Positions 41,816 through 51,670 of a stretch of DNA of 64,000 bases are shown here, in pieces. Under the pieces are notes generated by a model. That model made no database searches, had not been told where the DNA came from, and saw only the letters and a program-made list of their open reading frames with translations. Position 1 is the stretch's first letter; the number at the start of each line of letters is the position of its first letter. Made by a program: the position numbers and the translations under genes. This DNA comes from an uncultured Clostridia bacterium (lineage in GTDB: Bacteria; Bacillota; Clostridia; TANB77; CAG-508): NCBI GenBank assembly GCA_947573445.1, contig CANPFR010000001.1:195811-259810 (forward strand). The letters are read 5' to 3'.

Positions 41816-42247
41816 ATGAAAAATAAATTTATTATGATTGTTTTGTGTCTTATTTTTATTGTGGGATTGTTTGCTATAAAGGGAGTGCTTAAAACGCAAG
41901 GAAATAATGGACAAAATCAAACTATGGAGGAGGAAAAAATGAGTGTTTTAGAAGTAACAGGAAGTGAATTTGAAAGGGAAGTTTTGCAAAGCGAGAAACC
42001 AGTTTTAGTGGATTTTTATGCAGATTGGTGTGGTCCATGTAAAATGTTGGCTCCATTGCTTGAGCAAGTGGCGACAGAAAATGATGCCATAAAAGTATGT
42101 AGAATTAATGTTGATGAAGAACAGGATTTAGCTGTAAAATATGGAATTATGTCCATACCAACTCTTGTTGCTATCAAAAAAGGAGAAGAAGTCAATCGAA
42201 GTGTTGGGGTTGTTGATAAAGAAGAGATTTTGGATATGTTCAAGTAG
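41816..42247 (+). CDS. Membrane-anchored thioredoxin (partner of CcdA)
   Basis: The WCGPCK active site follows an N-terminal TM anchor. The gene is translationally coupled to ccdA. The likely start is ATG 41816 after an AAGGAG RBS. Confidence 0.8.
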   Translation: MKNKFIMIVLCLIFIVGLFAIKGVLKTQGNNGQNQTMEEEKMSVLEVTGSEFEREVLQSEKPVLVDFYADWCGPCKMLAPLLEQVATENDAIKVCRINVDEEQDLAVKYGIMSIPTLVAIKKGEEVNRSVGVVDKEEILDMFK

Positions 42248-42325
42248 GTGGAGAGATAGAAGTATTTGGGAAAAGAATAGGAGTTTTATATATTGATAAA
42301 ACCAAAAAGAGGGAGAAAATAGCAT

Positions 42326-44473
42326 TTAAGCTAAATTCTCTTTTTTGTATTTGGCAATAAAATAGCGTATATCAAAATAATTGACTTTGTTTGGTAAATT
42401 TTCTTTTAAAATTTTTAGTTTTTCATAGCCAAATTCATCAATGGCATCAAAAATATTTTTTTCAAATTGCATTTGAATATCTTTTGTTAGATTTATTTCT
42501 AAATTAAGTTCATAACAGTTAATTAAATGATTTTCAATTGTTTGCCTTGTAAGACCACGAATTTTAGCGATTTCATCAATGCTTTTTCCAGTATGATATA
42601 AATCGTAGGAAACAAGGTTAGTGTTTTCTTTTGAATTGGTTGTGGATTTTGGCGATTTTTTATCTGGTTTTTGTATTATTTGGATGTTGTTTTCGGTAAC
42701 ATATTTTTGAATGGTTTCGATAAAAATGTTTCCATATTTTTCTAATTTATTTACGCCAACCCCACTAATCTTAAGCATATTATCCACAGAAATAGGATAA
42801 TATGTGGACATCTCTTTCAAAGAAATATCAGTCAACACGATAAAAGGAGGAATTTTGTTAATTTCTGCAATTTCTCGTCTAAGCGTTTTTAAAATCTCAA
42901 ATAAATTTTCATCAAAAGTAAGGTCTTTATTTGGTAGAAGGTCATTCTTTTCAATTTTTCGCTTGATTAAAACCTCCTTGTTGTGAAATAAGACGTCGTC
43001 TGCGGATTTGTTTAAGGCTAAGATGGGATATTTGTCGCCAATGCTGTTAATATAATTTTCAGTGATTAAAAAGTAAATTAAATCAGTAATGGTATTTTTG
43101 GAATATTCATGCATGATTCCATAGGTGGATAGTTGGTCGAACCCTAGATTTTTTACTTTAGCAGATTTAGAACCTTTTAAAACATCAGCAACAAGGCCAA
43201 TACCAAATCTTTCGTGCATTCGTTTAATACAGGATAATATTTTTTTTGCATCCAAGGTAATATTGGTTATTTCCACTTCAGATAAGCAATTGCTACAATT
43301 ATTGCAACTATCAAAAGTTGGTGTTTCGCCAAAATATTCTAAAATATATTTTCGAAGACATTTGTCAGTGTTGCAAAAATCAATCATATCATTTAATTTA
43401 TCGTATTCAATTTGATGGTTAGAATCAGAAGGATTTCTTTCAATGAGGAATTTTTGTGTGATAATGTCACTTCTATTAAAAAGTAGGAGACATTGAGCAG
43501 TATCACCATCACGACCAGCACGTCCAGCTTCTTGATAATAACTTTCGAGGTCTTTGGGCATGTTATAATGAATGACATAGCGAATATTAGATTTGTCAAT
43601 TCCCATCCCAAAAGCATTTGTGGCAATCATGATGGAAGTTTTATCATAAGTAAAATCTTCTTGGGAAGAATTCCTTGCTTTTTCGCTCATACCACCATGG
43701 TATTTGGAAACAGGATAACCTTTATCAGAAAGGCACTGGAATAACTGATCGACTTGTTTTCTAGTGGAACAGTAAATAATACCAGCATTTTTATCATTGT
43801 TTTTTAGAAAATGGAGAATGTATTCTTGTTTATTTTTTGGTTTTTCTACAGAAAAAGTTAGATTGGTGCGATTAAATCCAGTTGTTAAGGTGAATGGATT
43901 AGATAAGGTAAGTAAGTTGATGATGTCATGTTTCACTATTTCAGTGGCAGTTGCTGTGAATGCTGATAAAATAGGACGTTTTTTTAGAGTAGAAATGACA
44001 GTTGCAATTTGGCGATAGCTTGGGCGAAAGTCGTGCCCCCACTGAGAGACGCAGTGTGCTTCGTCAATTGTGACCATGGAAATAGATAATTGGTTCAGGA
44101 AATGAAGAAAGGAATCAGAAAGAAGTCTTTCTGGGGCAACGTAGACAATTTTGTAAAGTCCATAGGTAATATTTTGTAGAGTTTGGGAATACTCTATTTC
44201 ACTAAGTGTACTATTAATAAATGTGGCAGGGATGCCGATTTCATTCAAATTGTTAACTTGATCTTTCATGAGTGAAATGAGTGGAGATATAACAAGTGTA
44301 ATGCCTGGTAAGATCATGGCTGGTATTTGGTAACAGATGGATTTTCCAGCACCTGTAGGCATAATTGCTAAGCAATCTTTGCCATTTAGGATTTGGTCGA
44401 TTATTTCGGCTTGGCCAGTTCTGAATTGTTCGTAGCCAAAGTATTTTTTAAGTAAATTTTGTGATTGGTTCAT
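42326..44473 (-). CDS. recQ: ATP-dependent DNA helicase RecQ
   Basis: Helicase motifs (FGYEQFRTGQ, DEAHCVSQWGHDFR), the Zn-binding Cys cluster, and the HRDC region. The likely start is MNQSQNLL at 44473; the ORF track starts it at 44545. Confidence 0.85.
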   Translation of the reverse strand: MNQSQNLLKKYFGYEQFRTGQAEIIDQILNGKDCLAIMPTGAGKSICYQIPAMILPGITLVISPLISLMKDQVNNLNEIGIPATFINSTLSEIEYSQTLQNITYGLYKIVYVAPERLLSDSFLHFLNQLSISMVTIDEAHCVSQWGHDFRPSYRQIATVISTLKKRPILSAFTATATEIVKHDIINLLTLSNPFTLTTGFNRTNLTFSVEKPKNKQEYILHFLKNNDKNAGIIYCSTRKQVDQLFQCLSDKGYPVSKYHGGMSEKARNSSQEDFTYDKTSIMIATNAFGMGIDKSNIRYVIHYNMPKDLESYYQEAGRAGRDGDTAQCLLLFNRSDIITQKFLIERNPSDSNHQIEYDKLNDMIDFCNTDKCLRKYILEYFGETPTFDSCNNCSNCLSEVEITNITLDAKKILSCIKRMHERFGIGLVADVLKGSKSAKVKNLGFDQLSTYGIMHEYSKNTITDLIYFLITENYINSIGDKYPILALNKSADDVLFHNKEVLIKRKIEKNDLLPNKDLTFDENLFEILKTLRREIAEINKIPPFIVLTDISLKEMSTYYPISVDNMLKISGVGVNKLEKYGNIFIETIQKYVTENNIQIIQKPDKKSPKSTTNSKENTNLVSYDLYHTGKSIDEIAKIRGLTRQTIENHLINCYELNLEINLTKDIQMQFEKNIFDAIDEFGYEKLKILKENLPNKVNYFDIRYFIAKYKKENLA

Positions 44474-44907
44474 GTGTGTCCTTCTTTCTTTATTTTCTAT
44501 CTCGTTTATCGCTATCTTCTTTGCGTTGTTAAAAATTTTGTCCATTGTAATAGCCTTTTTCTTGATTTGATGGTTGCTCTTTTTTCATTAACTCCATTAA
44601 TTTTATTGGGTTTATTATATGAATTTCACATACAACTGTCAAGATTATTTGGGAAAATTATTTCTGGCATAATTGCTACTTTGTATGTCCTTTTGGGATA
44701 GGTTGTTTTTTAAATTTCATTTTGTGAGATTTTGGCAGAAATACCTTGAATTTTAAAGGTAAATTATTTATATCACAAAAATTTACACTTGTCAATACAT
44801 TAGGTAAAAAATTTCTATAGGCTAAATAATAATTTTTAAGATTTTGCAAAAACTATTTTTTATACAAATATTATTTGATATAATCATAAAAAAATAAGGA
44901 GGTTTTT

Positions 44908-45984
44908 ATGGAAAGAAAATTGAAAGTGTTCCAATATGGAACTGGGAAAATGTCTGTGTATATGATGCGTTATGTTTATGAAAAAGGAGGCCAAATTGTT
45001 GGGGCTGTTGATGTGAATCCAGATTTGATTGGCAAAGATATAGGTGAGATAATTGGTTCAGAAAATAAAGGTGTAATTGTAAAGGATGCCAAAGATGCAA
45101 GAAACGCTTTACAGGAGACAAAACCAGATATTGTGATTGTAACAACCATGAGTTTATTAAATGATGTGGAAGAACCATTAATGCTTTGTGCAGAGCTCGG
45201 AATCAATGCAATAACAACGTGTGAAGAGGCATTTTATCCAATGAATTCGAATCCCAATTTAACGAAAAAAATCGATGAATTGGCCAAAAAAAATAATTGT
45301 ACGATTACAGGAAGTGGTTATCAGGATATTTATTGGGGGCAATTAATTACATCAATTGCAGGTTCAACGCAAAAAATTACAAAAATAAAAGGAAGTTCAA
45401 GTTATAATGTTGAAGATTACGGAATTGCTTTGGCACAAGCACATGGTGCAGGTTTGACGCTAAGTGATTTTGAAAAAGAAGTTGCCTCAGGTGATCATAT
45501 TTCGCCTGAAGCAAGACAAGAAATCATTGAAAAAGGGGAATATATGCCATCTTATATGTGGAATGTAAATGGTTGGCTTGCTGAAAAGTTAGGATTAACA
45601 GTAACTTCTCAAACGCAAAAGTGTGTACCACAGACTTATGATAAAGATATTTTTTCAACCACGTTGAATATGACCGTAAAAGCTGGAGATGCAACTGGAA
45701 TGAGTGCAGTTGTAACGACAGAAACAAAAGAAGGGATTATGATTGAGTCAGAATGTATTGGAAAAGTTTACGCACCAGAGGAATTTGACAAAAATGTCTG
45801 GACCGTAGAAGGAGAACCAAATACAACAATTGTTGTCGAAAAACCAGCAACAGTAGAGTTAACCTGTGCAACGATTGTGAATCGTTTGCCAGATGTGATA
45901 AACAGCGAGCCAGGCTATGTTCCGACAGAAAAAATGGGAGACTTACAGTTTAAATTAAAGGCTTTAAATGAGTATATCAAATAG
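44908..45984 (+). CDS. NAD(P)-dependent amine dehydrogenase of the DapB-like / 2,4-diaminopentanoate dehydrogenase family
   Basis: The N-terminal Rossmann region KVFQYGTGKMSVYMMRYVYEKGGQIVGAVDVNPDLIGKDIGEIIG resembles 2,4-diaminopentanoate dehydrogenases (Ord), from memory. Confidence 0.45.
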   Translation: MERKLKVFQYGTGKMSVYMMRYVYEKGGQIVGAVDVNPDLIGKDIGEIIGSENKGVIVKDAKDARNALQETKPDIVIVTTMSLLNDVEEPLMLCAELGINAITTCEEAFYPMNSNPNLTKKIDELAKKNNCTITGSGYQDIYWGQLITSIAGSTQKITKIKGSSSYNVEDYGIALAQAHGAGLTLSDFEKEVASGDHISPEARQEIIEKGEYMPSYMWNVNGWLAEKLGLTVTSQTQKCVPQTYDKDIFSTTLNMTVKAGDATGMSAVVTTETKEGIMIESECIGKVYAPEEFDKNVWTVEGEPNTTIVVEKPATVELTCATIVNRLPDVINSEPGYVPTEKMGDLQFKLKALNEYIK

Positions 45985-45991
45985 AGAAATT

Positions 45992-46019
45992 AAAATATGA
46001 CATGAAAATGTCATATTTT
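45992..46019. promoter_or_regulatory. Perfect palindrome AAAATATGACAT-gaaa-ATGTCATATTTT (12-bp arms); operator-like or terminator-like
   Basis: Lies 8 nt after the stop of the upstream gene. A second copy lies 107 bp downstream. Confidence 0.5.
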
Positions 46020-46098
46020 AATTTTGGGATAATTTTGAGGTGATAACTGAAAATGCTGGTAATATTAACAATTTTCGGGATTTAGGAAATGGATTTTT

Positions 46099-46126
46099 TA
46101 AATATGACATAAAAATGTCATATTTA
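46099..46126. promoter_or_regulatory. Second perfect palindrome TAAATATGACAT-aaaa-ATGTCATATTTA (12-bp arms)
   Basis: Same core as the 45992-46019 palindrome. It sits about 40 bp upstream of a TTGACA-17-TATCAT promoter for the 46235 gene. Confidence 0.5.
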
Positions 46127-46234
46127 ACTTTTACATCATATTTTTTGAAAATAAGAAAAACTTGACATTTTATGTAAAATGTGATATCATACAAATGTTG
46201 CAAATTGTATGATATATAACATAGAAAAGGAGAA

Positions 46235-46639
46235 ATGAAAATGGAGAAGAAAAGACGGGAAGAAATTATAGCACTTTTGAAAAAAGAGAAAAAGCAATAT
46301 GAACACAAGCTTCGGGAAGTGCAAATTTTGTTTCGGGAGTTGAAAGATATGGAACATGATGGGCATATTTCCAAGGAAGTAAAAAAATACATTGATAAGT
46401 ACAAGCTTGAAGCAGGTGCTAGGTTATATATGCAGTTAATAGCAGATGTGAGTCGGATAATATTGGCTGTAGAAGAGGGAGAAACGAATGTAGACTGTTT
46501 AGGGCAATTGTATGATGGAGAGATGTATCCAGAGCTTTTTGATATTATCGAAAAAGTTGGATTTGAACATCGGGGTATTAGTGCAATAATTCAGTTTTCA
46601 GAAAAATTGGGTTTGGACATCGGGGCATTAGTGCAATAA
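46235..46639 (+). CDS. Hypothetical protein (134 aa) whose C-terminus is altered by a 50-bp tandem duplication
   Basis: RBS AAAGGAG. The 3' end contains two 50-bp direct repeats (46559-46608 and 46609-46658). Confidence 0.4.
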   Translation: MKMEKKRREEIIALLKKEKKQYEHKLREVQILFRELKDMEHDGHISKEVKKYIDKYKLEAGARLYMQLIADVSRIILAVEEGETNVDCLGQLYDGEMYPELFDIIEKVGFEHRGISAIIQFSEKLGLDIGALVQ

Positions 46640-47174
46640 TTCAGTTTTCAGAATAATTTAAGCAAAATATTTCTCAAAAGGAGGCTCTAAGAGTAATTCT
46701 CGAGCCTCCTTATTATAAAAAACAGCCAAACTTGATGTTTGCAATTCTGTTTGGCTGTTTTTTTATATTTACCGTTTAAAGAAAGAGCCATCTGGACGGA
46801 TGACAAGAATGTCACCTTTATTAAGTGTCTCTGATTTATTATTGGTTGAAAGTACACCATTATAGGGTACTTTTATGATTTTCTCAGCAATTAGATTTTC
46901 TTCATTTGAATCTCTCCAATTGCCTGAAAAAAACTCTTTTTCCTTTTTACAATTTCTTCGGTGCTAATGATTGCTTGTCCGTTCCGAATTTCAATTGTTA
47001 TATTAAAAATTTTTTCTGTCATAGCGAGTCTCCTTCCTTGTCACAAGAGTGACGTTGTATACATTGTTTTTAAGTATTACTATATTAAAAAAAAGACGGT
47101 TGAAATATTCAAAATACTATGTAATTTTGATACTTCAACCATCTCTAAAATAAGATAAAAAGACATTAAAAAAT

Positions 47175-47480
47175 TTAGCTATTTGTTAATGTTAAAAACA
47201 TTTCCAACTCAGCGATGATCATACGAATTTTAATTTTCTCGCTGGCCGATAAGTTATAATCCTTTCCGATATTCTTGTATACCCAATCCACTCTTTCGAG
47301 TAAGCAGGTACTAGGTAAACAAGAATATGTTGCCAATAAATTATAAATGGCTTCCAAGATTTTTAAAATATACTCACTAGTACTATTGTTCAGATTATTT
47401 CTTAAAGCCTCAATAGCATACCGCAAACTTTCGTTCTGCATCTTACAGAGCTGGTTACATTTCAGATTACACATGCACAT
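47175..47480 (-). CDS. Small Cys-containing hypothetical protein (~101 aa; MCMCNLKCNQLCKMQ...)
   Basis: The ORF track extends it to 47663, overlapping the radical-SAM gene. A strong RBS (AAAAAGGAGG) 7 nt before the ATG at 47480 supports the shorter product. A terminator hairpin sits downstream. Confidence 0.45.
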   Translation of the reverse strand: MCMCNLKCNQLCKMQNESLRYAIEALRNNLNNSTSEYILKILEAIYNLLATYSCLPSTCLLERVDWVYKNIGKDYNLSASEKIKIRMIIAELEMFLTLTNS

Positions 47481-47634
47481 ATAATGCCTCCTTTTTTGTT
47501 GTCTTTGCCCCAAATAGGACAAAATTGTTTTATATAAGTTACATAAGTTTATTATATTATAATTTACATAAAATGTCAAGTGCTTTTTAACCACTTTTTT
47601 TAAAATTTCATGATTTAGTCCTGAATTTGAATAA

Positions 47635-48579
47635 CTAAGAAGACAATAAATTAGCTTTAGCATCTTCTTCGTTTTTGTAGTGCATTCCTTGCCATAAATC
47701 TTTTTCTCGCATTAATTTATCCAAGCCATTCAAAATCCATTTTTTATGAGAGTTCCATTGGGGAGCGATTAACAAGTCTTTTGGGGCGTCGCCAGAAAGT
47801 CTGTGGATGACAATATTGGGCGAAATATGAGTTAGAATATAGGTTAAGGTATTAAGGTAGGTTTCGAGAGAAATGGGCTCATATTGACTGTTTTTGTACA
47901 TTTGAGCCAGAATTGTATTTTCTACAACATAGGTACAATGAATTTTTAAGCCTTGAATGTTGTGCTTATTGATAAAATCTACAGTATTTTTGATATCTTC
48001 CAAGGTTTCACCAGGAAGCCCGACCATGATATGAGTTACGATATCGATATGATGTTGGTTTAAAATTTGTACAGCTTGTGTAAATTGATGGTTAGTATAA
48101 CCACGGTTGAGAAGCTTTCCAGTCTCGTTATTTGCTGTTTGCAGGCCAAGTTCTACCCAAACATGGTGCTTATTTTGGTAAGTTTCCAAAAGTTTGGCAA
48201 TCGATTCATTGATGCAGTCTGGGCGAGTTGCAATGGTTAGAGCAACGATTCGGTTGTCAATTAAGGCAGCATCGTATTTGGATTTTAAGTTTTCTACGGT
48301 ATCATAAGTGTTGCTGAAATTTTGAAAATAAGCGATAAACTTGTTTGCACGAGTGGCTTTGTAGCTTGAAAAATAGTTTTCAATTTGTTTTGAAATACTT
48401 GGAGCAGAGTGAATATGCTCACCAGATCCTCTTTCACTACAAAAAATACAGCCACTTGTTCCCAAACTTCCATCACGATTGGGGCAAGTAAAATTGCCAT
48501 CAATGCAAATTTTTAGAGTTCTTTCACCAAATTTGTTTTTAAGATATGTATTTAGATGATTGTATCGTTCTTTTTCCAT
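47635..48579 (-). CDS. Radical SAM protein of the TIGR01212 family
   Basis: N-terminal CPNRDGSLGTSGCIFC cluster typical of TIGR01212, plus TIM-barrel radical-SAM core motifs. Confidence 0.7.
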   Translation of the reverse strand: MEKERYNHLNTYLKNKFGERTLKICIDGNFTCPNRDGSLGTSGCIFCSERGSGEHIHSAPSISKQIENYFSSYKATRANKFIAYFQNFSNTYDTVENLKSKYDAALIDNRIVALTIATRPDCINESIAKLLETYQNKHHVWVELGLQTANNETGKLLNRGYTNHQFTQAVQILNQHHIDIVTHIMVGLPGETLEDIKNTVDFINKHNIQGLKIHCTYVVENTILAQMYKNSQYEPISLETYLNTLTYILTHISPNIVIHRLSGDAPKDLLIAPQWNSHKKWILNGLDKLMREKDLWQGMHYKNEEDAKANLLSS

Positions 48580-48616
48580 GAAACAATTATATCACAAGTG
48601 AGTAGATTAGTAAAGA

Positions 48617-49492
48617 TTAGAATAGGACTAGGATAGAGAAAAGGGTAATGATAATGCCACAAAGAATTCTTTTCCAGTGTCTTTTTAGGTCAATTTCTTT
48701 GAAAATAGTAATCCCAAATAAAATTGACCAAATTGCACTTAATTGAACAATGATACTAACAATAGAAGCAGGTAATTTTTGATAAGCAAGTGCTTGAAAA
48801 AAAGAGGCAAAGAAGAAGAGGCAACCGCCTAGCATAGCTAGTATTTTATGTTGTTTTGAAATCGAAACCAGGGATTTCAAATTTTTATCTTTTAATAAAG
48901 TTGATAAGCTAGCAAAAAGGAAAGAGGAAATCGCAGTAAAGATATGTTGTGAATAGATGATACCTTCATTTGTGACTAATTTTTGTAAAAAATTGGTTGT
49001 GGCTAGCAAAATAGCAGATAAGATGGCATAAAAAATACCCATTTTGTCTATTTTTTGAAGAGGCATTTTGGGGATGGTTAATAAAATTGCTGATGTGAAG
49101 GTTAGAATTGTTGAACATAGTATAGTAACTAGATTGGTTGTTATAAATTCGTTTAGAAAAGATAAAGTTAGTATAATACAAAAAGGTGTTTTTAAGTTTT
49201 GATACTGTGTTGCTCTTGAGATGCCTATTTTGTCAATTGCAATAGCATAGAGGGAAATTGATAAATACCATAATAATCCTCGAACTATTAGGATTAGGAT
49301 AATAGGAAAAGAGGGAATTTCAGTATTGATACCTTGCCTTACAAAAAAGGTATAAAAAATGGTGGATGTGATTAGAAATCCAAAGGTTAAAAAAGAGGTA
49401 TAGTAGATTGTTTTTTCTTTTATTATTTTTTTTGGTATAACATAAAGGCTAAAAAATAGGGAAGTGATAAAGGCCAATAAATATCCAATCAT
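48617..49492 (-). CDS. DMT-superfamily (EamA-like) transporter
   Basis: 291 aa and about 10 TM helices in two EamA-like halves. Confidence 0.65.
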   Translation of the reverse strand: MIGYLLAFITSLFFSLYVIPKKIIKEKTIYYTSFLTFGFLITSTIFYTFFVRQGINTEIPSFPIILILIVRGLLWYLSISLYAIAIDKIGISRATQYQNLKTPFCIILTLSFLNEFITTNLVTILCSTILTFTSAILLTIPKMPLQKIDKMGIFYAILSAILLATTNFLQKLVTNEGIIYSQHIFTAISSFLFASLSTLLKDKNLKSLVSISKQHKILAMLGGCLFFFASFFQALAYQKLPASIVSIIVQLSAIWSILFGITIFKEIDLKRHWKRILCGIIITLFSILVLF

Positions 49493-49591
49493 TTTAAATC
49501 TCCTTGTTTTTTTTCTTTATTTATAGTATACTATAAATAATAACGCAAATAAAGCATGCGTTTTTTGCGATTATAGCAAAGGAGAGTTTAC

Positions 49592-50494
49592 ATGCAAAAT
49601 TTCGATTTAAATTTATATAAAATATTTTGTTGTGTTGCTAAAAATGGAAATATTTCTAAAGCTGCAGAGGAATTGTTTGTTTCTCGTCAGGCGGTTAGTT
49701 ATAGTATAAAACAGTTGGAAAGTGCATTAGGGGGACAACTATTTTTTAGAACGCCCAAAGGTGTTGTCTTAACGCCTGAAGCGGAAGGATTGTATCAGCA
49801 GATTAGTGAATCTTTTGAATTAATTACACTGGGAGAGAGAATTTTTAGGGAAAATCATGAGCTGTTGCATGGAACAATTCATATTGGTTGTAATCCAGAG
49901 TTGTTTGAAAAATGTTTGTATAAATATGTGGAGAAATTTTATAGGAAATATCCCCATATTAAGATTAACATTATTAGTAAGCCAATAGGAGATTTATTGG
50001 AGATGTTTAAGCAACACAAGTTGGATATGATTATTCGAAAGAAGTTTACAGAGTCAGTGACATATCCTAATTTATCAATTAAAATGTTTGATACTGTGCA
50101 AAATTGTTTTTTTTGTAATCCAAATTTTAGAAAACTTGCTGAAAAAAAGTCTGTTTCATTGGAAGAACTAGCGAAGTTACCACTTTTGTTACTTAACAAA
50201 GAGAGTAATGAAAGGGAATTTGTTGAGAAGTACTTTAAACATAAGAATTTAGAGTTGAAAACGATTATGGAATTTACTTATCATGAACCACTTATTTTAT
50301 TGGTAAAGTTGGGATATGGAATTGGTTATACATTGAAAGAAACAATTGAAAAGGAGTTACAAAATCAGGAGTTATTTGAAATTTCTGTAAAAGAGATTCC
50401 GATGGATTTGGAAATTGGGGCTCTTTATAATGAGAAGTATTTATCTTGTGTAGCCAAGCAATTTATAGAAATGCTTGGAGAAGTGCTAGATTAG
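49592..50494 (+). CDS. LysR-family transcriptional regulator
   Basis: N-terminal HTH (NISKAAEELFVSRQAVSYSIKQLE) and a C-terminal substrate-binding domain. Confidence 0.8.
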   Translation: MQNFDLNLYKIFCCVAKNGNISKAAEELFVSRQAVSYSIKQLESALGGQLFFRTPKGVVLTPEAEGLYQQISESFELITLGERIFRENHELLHGTIHIGCNPELFEKCLYKYVEKFYRKYPHIKINIISKPIGDLLEMFKQHKLDMIIRKKFTESVTYPNLSIKMFDTVQNCFFCNPNFRKLAEKKSVSLEELAKLPLLLLNKESNEREFVEKYFKHKNLELKTIMEFTYHEPLILLVKLGYGIGYTLKETIEKELQNQELFEISVKEIPMDLEIGALYNEKYLSCVAKQFIEMLGEVLD

Positions 50495-50519
50495 AAAAAG
50501 AAAAGTGAGGGAGATTAAA

Positions 50520-50975
50520 GTGAATTTGGAATATGATAAAAGTCCTTTTGGACTAATAGAAATTGAAGCAGATGAGGACAGTATTGTAGGTGTAAGGTTT
50601 ACAGATTGTATAAAATCCACGAAAAATCATAATGTTCTGACTTCAGAATGTTACAAACAATTGGTACAGTATTGTTCTAAAAAAAGAACAATATTTGAAT
50701 TGCCGATTAAGCTACAGGGAACAGAGTTTCAGCAAAAAGTCTGGGAGGAAGTGAGGAAGATTCCATATGGTGAGACGAGGACATATCAGGAAATTGCCCG
50801 AAATATTGGGAACGAGAAGGCTGTTAGAGCGGTTGGAGCGGCGATTGGCAAAAATCCAATTGCGATTATTGTGCCTTGTCATAGAGTAATTGGATCAAAT
50901 GGAGCAATGACAGGATATGCTTATGGAATAGATAAGAAGGAAAAATTGTTGGCATTCGAGAGAAAAAAAGCTTGA
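50520..50975 (+). CDS. ogt: Methylated-DNA--protein-cysteine methyltransferase (Ogt/MGMT)
   Basis: Active-site motif IIVPCHRVIGSNG. The ORF is open from GTG 50505. The RBS GAGGGAG favours GTG 50520. Confidence 0.8.
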   Translation: MNLEYDKSPFGLIEIEADEDSIVGVRFTDCIKSTKNHNVLTSECYKQLVQYCSKKRTIFELPIKLQGTEFQQKVWEEVRKIPYGETRTYQEIARNIGNEKAVRAVGAAIGKNPIAIIVPCHRVIGSNGAMTGYAYGIDKKEKLLAFERKKA

Positions 50976-51130
50976 ATTTTGTGCATAAATTATTGTGTTT
51001 TTGAAAAAATAAAAATAAATATTGCAAAAAATGTAGAAAATTTCAAAAAACTATTGACAAATTAAAGAAAAACGTTTATACTATTAAATGTCTTGACTAA
51101 CGAGAGTTAGAAAAAGATGTACAAAAGTTT

Positions 51131-51206
51131 GGGCTATTAGCTCAGGTGGTAGAGCACTTGACTTTTAATCAAGTTGTCCCGCGTTCGAGTCGCGGATAGC
51201 TCACCA
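51131..51206 (+). tRNA. tRNA-Lys (anticodon TTT)
   Basis: GGGCTATTAGCTCAGGTGGTAGAGC..., anticodon loop CTTTTAA, encoded CCA. Confidence 0.85.
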
Positions 51207-51238
51207 AATGAATCTATTGGAAAATAGATTCATTTTAT

Positions 51239-51313
51239 GGCCCCTTGGTCAAGCGGTTAAGACATCGCCCTTTCACGGCGGAGACATGGGTTCGATTCCC
51301 GTAGGGGTCACCA
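51239..51313 (+). tRNA. tRNA-Glu (anticodon TTC)
   Basis: GGCCCCTTGGTCAAGCGGTTAAGAC..., anticodon loop CTTTCAC, encoded CCA. Confidence 0.85.
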
Positions 51314-51325
51314 CTTTTGTAGTTT

Positions 51326-51348
51326 GCCATTTTAGCTCAGTTGGTAGA
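51326..51348 (+). other. 23-nt 5' fragment of tRNA-Thr (GCCATTTTAGCTCAGTTGGTAGA), a direct repeat of the 5' end of the intact gene 140 bp downstream
   Basis: Identical to 51466-51488. It is followed by 117 bp of unrelated sequence and then the complete tRNA-Thr. Confidence 0.7.
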
Positions 51349-51465
51349 TTTTGAAGTTGTTAGCGACGTAAGGAGCTTTACAAATTCAATATACGTAGCG
51401 AAACGGAGTTGCTTGCGAATGGCAAGAAATGTAATTACTTGTTTGACAAAACAAAAAGAATGCGT

Positions 51466-51541
<76 letters not shown>

Positions 51542-51670
51542 AATAAAGCCAATAGTTTTGAGATAGCTCTTAATTATTGTCTTTTTTTATTGTATAGGAA
51601 AATAGAAGATTTTTACGTATACAACAAATATAGGTTTCTTATATTTTTAAAATAAAAAGGAGGGATAAAT

